64,000 nucleotides of DNA from an uncultured Acidobacteriota bacterium (lineage in GTDB: Bacteria; Acidobacteriota; Terriglobia; Acidiferrales; UBA7541), in contig CAVPWC010000003.1 in the NCBI GenBank assembly GCA_963709315.1, positions 139,969 to 203,968 on the forward strand, read 5' to 3'. Shown here in pieces: positions 60,004 through 64,000 of the stretch. The notes beneath the pieces were generated by a model. It saw nothing but the letters and a program-made list of their open reading frames with translations. It had not been told where the DNA came from and did no database searches. Every line of letters begins with the position of its first letter. Position 1 is the first letter of the stretch. The translations under genes were made by a program, and so were the position numbers.

Positions 60004-60798
60004 TTAGTCTACCCGCGTAAGCGTTTGTATCTGCAGCTCGAGCGCTTGCGTGTACTGCCGCTCGATCTGCATTTCGGTTTGCAGTTTCTTGACGAGCAAA
60101 TCGAGACGGGCGATTTCCGCGCGAAGTTTTTGTATGTCAGAGGCGGTAGGAGCCGGCCGGTTATACGGTGCACCCGGTTGCTGCAAATTCTGTTGAGAGG
60201 CAGGTCCGTCAACTGGCCGCGGCGCTGTAAAGGCTTCGGCAAGAGCGCGTGGCCAAATGGATTCTGGTGTCCGCTGGTCTCCAAGCGAGGGCGGAGGAGC
60301 AACCGGCCGCGGCGGCGCGAACAGACTATTGAGAGCATTCGTCGCGGCGGGGCGTTCGGCAATGGGTGCGTCTGGCGCTCGCTTCGGCTCCAGCAAACTT
60401 TTGACGCGTCCAATCAGTTCCTGCGGCTGAAAGGGTTTGCGAATCAGTTCGTCGGCTTTCACCGCGACAGCTTTGTCTGCGACGGTCTTGTTCACGACGC
60501 CGGACATAAGCACGACTGGAGTGTTGCCGTAATCCGGATGCTGCTTGATCTGGCTGCATACGGAATAGCCGTCCTGATCGGGCATAATCACATCGGTGAT
60601 CACGACGTCGGGCTTGTTCTGTTCAAACTGGGCCAGCGCGGATGCGGCGTCGGCGCATGTGATCACGTTAATGCTCTCGCGGCGGAAAGCGATCTTGATC
60701 ACTTCGCGCATGGTTGCGCTGTCATCGATGAAATAGACCGTCGGTATCCGCTTCGTTTCTGTTTCGCCCAGCGGTGGAAGAGTCATCGCCTCGCTCAT
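60004..60798 (-). CDS. response regulator: receiver, Pro-rich linker and C-terminal coiled coil
   Basis: FIDDS, VITDVIMP, LIRKPF; tail DIQKLRAEIARLDLLVKKLQTEMQIER. Confidence 0.88.
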   Translation of the reverse strand: MSEAMTLPPLGETETKRIPTVYFIDDSATMREVIKIAFRRESINVITCADAASALAQFEQNKPDVVITDVIMPDQDGYSVCSQIKQHPDYGNTPVVLMSGVVNKTVADKAVAVKADELIRKPFQPQELIGRVKSLLEPKRAPDAPIAERPAATNALNSLFAPPRPVAPPPSLGDQRTPESIWPRALAEAFTAPRPVDGPASQQNLQQPGAPYNRPAPTASDIQKLRAEIARLDLLVKKLQTEMQIERQYTQALELQIQTLTRVD

Positions 60799-61568
60799 AG
60801 CGCTTCCTTGTCCGCCATGTCGCGCGCTCCTTCATCGTACTCGCGCATGGCATCGAGCATCAGATCAGTCGCCGACCGCAACACGGTGCGCTGCGGTGAA
60901 GTCGTCCCATAAGCAAACTTATATACGCCGGAGGCGCCCTGCACGCAGCTCTTTAGAATGTGAATCACCGCTTCGTCGCCGAACAGGCTGCCGCATTCTG
61001 CATGGGTGATTTCTCCGGCATCAAAGAAGAGCACGGCATCGGTTTCGCCTGCATTGATGTGCAGCGCGCCGGTCTGGCGCGCATGGCCGAGCATTTGCAT
61101 GACGCCCGTAAGGTCGTGGTGCGTCAAGTTGCCGCTGAGGCTGGTGTCCGACTGCGTAAGCATTTGCGTGGGTTGAAAGCCCTCTGCTCTGCTGACGATG
61201 ATGCTTTTGACATGCGAGGCAATAGCCGCCGGCGCGCTTTGCCGGTCGATGTAGTCATCGCAGCCTGCTTGAAATGCTTCCATCAGCGCGCGTTGGCTGC
61301 CGTCGCCGAGCGCGATGATTTGGAGCGAAGCGTTCTTGGGGTCCGCATGAATGATTCTCGCAATCTCGAGGGCGCCCATCTCGCGCATGTTGGTCGAGCA
61401 AAGAATGGCGGCGGGAGCATCGTATTCGAGAGTGGTCAGAGCGTAGGTGGCCTGCGTGCTCGACACGACTTCGAAGCCTTCGCGCTTCAGGGCGTCGCAC
61501 AGCCGTTTCGCGAAATACACGTTGCTGTCGATCAATAGAATTTTTGGACCGCGTCCCGGAGGCATCAT
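60795..61568 (-). CDS. atypical receiver plus DUF4388 (PatA-N-like) domain protein
   Basis: LLIDSN, ILCSTNM, YIDRQ receiver; LSGNL....L..VMQML...QTGAL, LFFDAGEITHA. Confidence 0.82.
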   Translation of the reverse strand: MMPPGRGPKILLIDSNVYFAKRLCDALKREGFEVVSSTQATYALTTLEYDAPAAILCSTNMREMGALEIARIIHADPKNASLQIIALGDGSQRALMEAFQAGCDDYIDRQSAPAAIASHVKSIIVSRAEGFQPTQMLTQSDTSLSGNLTHHDLTGVMQMLGHARQTGALHINAGETDAVLFFDAGEITHAECGSLFGDEAVIHILKSCVQGASGVYKFAYGTTSPQRTVLRSATDLMLDAMREYDEGARDMADKEAL

Positions 61569-62044
61569 GGACTGGCCTCGAGAAGAACGGCAGGCGCGAG
61601 GGAAGCGGACAGGCCGGCCCCGCCTGGCGTCAGTGCGTCCAGATTCAGCACTTCAATCACTTCGCCATTGTGCGAAATCCAACCGGCGACGTGAGGAGCG
61701 TCCGCTTCCCCCGACCCGGTCATCTCCGCGGCAATCAGTTCGCAATCGCCAGTTACGGGTAGAGCTACCCACTCGGATTTTTCTCCGTAATGTCGCACGG
61801 CAATAAGATAAAAGCGCCGCGAACTGAGTCCTCTTCCGAGGAGAGTTTCGGCAACGTCGCACACCGGAACGATGCGGCCGCGCCGGAGAATCACTCCTTC
61901 GAGTCTTGGGGTTCGATGAGGAAACCGAAAAATGCGGCTTGGAGCCACAAGCTCTGAAATTTGGGTAGCCACCACGGCAAAGCGGCGTTCGCCGAGTCGC
62001 AACAGCACGAATGATTGAGAACCGAGTTCGGCGCTCTGTGTCAT
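61565..62044 (-). CDS. cheW: CheW-like coupling protein
   Basis: FVLLRLGERRFAV, LEGVILRRGRIVPVCD, IEVLNLDAL. Confidence 0.82.
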   Translation of the reverse strand: MTQSAELGSQSFVLLRLGERRFAVVATQISELVAPSRIFRFPHRTPRLEGVILRRGRIVPVCDVAETLLGRGLSSRRFYLIAVRHYGEKSEWVALPVTGDCELIAAEMTGSGEADAPHVAGWISHNGEVIEVLNLDALTPGGAGLSASLAPAVLLEASP

Positions 62045-62577
62045 TGCGGCAACTCCGAATCGGCATTCGCATTTTCCTCGGGCACTTCGAGAGGAAGCAA
62101 CGAAGCATCGAGCAGGGCGAATTCGTCAGAAGTCAGGAACCCTTCAGGGTTAACCACCGGGATCACATTTTGATCGAGAGCCGTCAATCCGCGGTACCAC
62201 TGGCGTTCTTCGTCGCAATAGGCAAGTGGAAGTGCCTGCAATCGCGTCATGGTCGCCATTTTCTCCATGCCGTCCACGAGCAACGCGGTTCGCGTTTTTC
62301 TCAACACAAAAACAAGGCTGGCCGAGGAAGCCGGCAAACCAAAGTGCACGGCGGCGTTTATGACGTAGAGAGCCTTATCGCCTCGCCGTAGCACGTGGCG
62401 CACCTTGCGGAGAGTGGGCTGATTGATTTCTATGGCAGCTCCCGAAAGGCTGTCCACACTGCGGACTTCTTGCACGGATGCGGAGGACACAGCAAATAGC
62501 TGGCCGGACACGCGGAACAGAATGATCTGCTCGGTGCGCGCGGCGTGGAGTTTAGCAGGCGGGGTGGCCACATGCAT
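62041..62577 (-). CDS. cheW: CheW-like coupling protein
   Basis: ILFRVSGQLFAV....VQEV, TALLVDGME, YRGL......VIPVVNP; TGATG overlap with cheB. Confidence 0.8.
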   Translation of the reverse strand: MHVATPPAKLHAARTEQIILFRVSGQLFAVSSASVQEVRSVDSLSGAAIEINQPTLRKVRHVLRRGDKALYVINAAVHFGLPASSASLVFVLRKTRTALLVDGMEKMATMTRLQALPLAYCDEERQWYRGLTALDQNVIPVVNPEGFLTSDEFALLDASLLPLEVPEENANADSELPQ

Positions 62578-63707
62578 CAGCGGACTCCCACGGGAGTGGA
62601 ACGGCAAATCCCGATCACTCGCTTCTCGATGGCTGGATAAATATCATCGATACCCAGAACCTGATCCACTGCGCCGACCTTTATGGCTTCCGCGGGCATG
62701 CCAAAGATGACGCACGTCGCTTCGTCCTGGGCGAGAACTAAGCCGCCAGCCGCTTTGATGGCTTTTGCGCCGCTGGCTCCGTCATTGCCCATTCCAGTGA
62801 GAATCGCACCGATGCTCATGGCGCCTGCGAACGAGGCGACGGATTCCATCGTCGCGTCAATGTTTGGCAGGTAGCCGTTGATGCGGCCGCTCGAGCCGTC
62901 CAACTGGATGCGTCCCGTGGGGGTCACTCGCAAGTGATGGCCGCCGGGACAAATGTAGAACGTGCCGGGCTGAAGGGTCTCGTTGGGTTCCGCTTCCTTG
63001 ACGCGAATGCCGGTGAACTCGGCAAGCTGCGTCGCATATTGCGTAGTGAAAGAGGCAGGCATGTGCTGTACCAAAATCACCGCAGCTGGGAAATCGCGCG
63101 TGAAGCCCGGAGCAAGGCGCATGACCGTCGCAGGGCCCCCTGTCGAAGCGGCCAACACGACAACGGGGAATCGTTGATCGAGGCCCGAATTGGCAGCAGG
63201 ACGAGGCGCAATGGGTGGCGGAGGTGCCGTTTGCGAGGTACCGTTCGATTTCTGAACGGTGGAAGCGAGACGTGAGGCCGTGCGCACGACGCGCACTTTT
63301 GCCGCCATCCGCACTTTGCGCAGCAGATCGTCTTTCACGCTCTGCATGTCGAGATCGATTCCGCTCGACGGCTTGGCCACAAACTCAATCGCTCCTAGTT
63401 CCAGAGCTTTCAGCGTGCTTGCGGCCCCTTCGCGCGATTCAGAGCTGACGATCACGATCGGCCGGGGATTCGTGGTCATAATCTGCGCTGTAGCTTGCAA
63501 ACCATCGACGTGCGGCATGTTGATGTCCATGGTGATGACGTCGGGCTTAAGAGATTCGGCGAGGGCGACGGCTTCGCGCCCATCCTTCGCGTGGCCGGCC
63601 ACTTGCAACTGGTCGTCCGCATTGAAAATTGTCTCCAGCACCTTCCGCATGAACGCGGAATCGTCCACGATGAGTACGCGAAATTTCTTGTTTGCGCTGG
63701 TGGCCAT
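62577..63707 (-). CDS. cheB: chemotaxis methylesterase/deamidase with receiver domain
   Basis: LIVDDSAFMR, ITMDINMP, ASTGGP, VQHMP, LTGMGNDG, FGMP. Confidence 0.96.
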   Translation of the reverse strand: MATSANKKFRVLIVDDSAFMRKVLETIFNADDQLQVAGHAKDGREAVALAESLKPDVITMDINMPHVDGLQATAQIMTTNPRPIVIVSSESREGAASTLKALELGAIEFVAKPSSGIDLDMQSVKDDLLRKVRMAAKVRVVRTASRLASTVQKSNGTSQTAPPPPIAPRPAANSGLDQRFPVVVLAASTGGPATVMRLAPGFTRDFPAAVILVQHMPASFTTQYATQLAEFTGIRVKEAEPNETLQPGTFYICPGGHHLRVTPTGRIQLDGSSGRINGYLPNIDATMESVASFAGAMSIGAILTGMGNDGASGAKAIKAAGGLVLAQDEATCVIFGMPAEAIKVGAVDQVLGIDDIYPAIEKRVIGICRSTPVGVR

Positions 63708-63713
63708 GGACGA

Positions 63714-63998
63714 TTACGCAACCGGTATCGTTGGTCGCGCCTCCGTTCCCATAAGTTGTTCCACCGCTGCAATCAGCTGATCTTCCTGCACGGGTTTGGT
63801 CAGGAAGGCGGCCGCGCCTTCTTTCATCGCGCGGTCCCTATGTTTCGCACCGGCGCGCGATGTAACGACCATTACCGGAATTCGGCGCGTCGTGGGGCTC
63901 TGCCGCAACTGCACCATAAGCTCGTAGCCCGTCATGCGCGGCATCTCCAGGTCGGTGATCACCAGGTGGCAGCCGTGTTGCGTCACCAGTTCGGCCGC
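63714..63998 (-). CDS. C-terminal receiver domain of a hybrid CheA/ChpA-like kinase (gene extends beyond the window)
   Basis: VITDLEMPRMTGYEL, VVTSRAGAKHRDRA, FLTKPVQEDQL, typical of ChpA-type hybrid kinases; position directly upstream of cheB. Confidence 0.75.
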   Translation of the reverse strand, partial: AAELVTQHGCHLVITDLEMPRMTGYELMVQLRQSPTTRRIPVMVVTSRAGAKHRDRAMKEGAAAFLTKPVQEDQLIAAVEQLMGTEARPTIPVA

Positions 63999-64000
63999 TT

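Noticed and set aside
59737-60912. 391-aa plus-strand ORF
   Set aside because: Antisense shadow of two well-supported response-regulator genes; no recognisable domain; long antisense frames are common in GC-rich coding DNA

Overview
64 kb of chromosomal backbone from a GC-rich bacterium, most likely Acidobacteria (inferred from two Oar-like TonB-dependent receptors, a PadR + ADOP-type permease pair and the overall gene mix). From left to right: the end of an aldehyde dehydrogenase, a short LeuA-family synthase, two exported hydrolases, a TonB-dependent receptor and an EamA transporter; leuC and leuD split by an orphan basic gene; small hypotheticals; a RelE/ParE-RHH toxin-antitoxin pair; an MscS channel; pntA1-pntA2-pntB with fpr; a secreted GH63-like hydrolase; a DUF5666 protein with a second receptor; a Lon-N / AAA+ / VWA / redoxin block; an ECF sigma and anti-sigma; a nearly complete heme pathway (hemG/Y, hemN, hemE, ccsA-like, hemA, C, D, B, L, but no ferrochelatase); a PAS-GAF-PAS hybrid kinase; an amidase with a Tat-signal partner; and the 3' end of a Chp/TFP-type chemosensory operon. 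Best hidden signal: the CxxC redoxin at 30555-31103 (-) ends at a UGA that reads on as PG-UGA-GSKN-UAG, with a SECIS-like GGUC-loop hairpin 10 nt downstream, so it is probably an unannotated selenoprotein. The same hairpin looks like the terminator of a convergent 53-aa basic ORF that the ORF track missed. Other leads: several GTAG/GTGG REP-like palindromes (one translated as the HemE C-terminus), operator-like dyads over promoters, and possible hitch-hiker Tat export of the amidase. No rRNA, tRNA, CRISPR array, transposase or integrase was seen. All family assignments come from motif recognition by eye, not from database searches.
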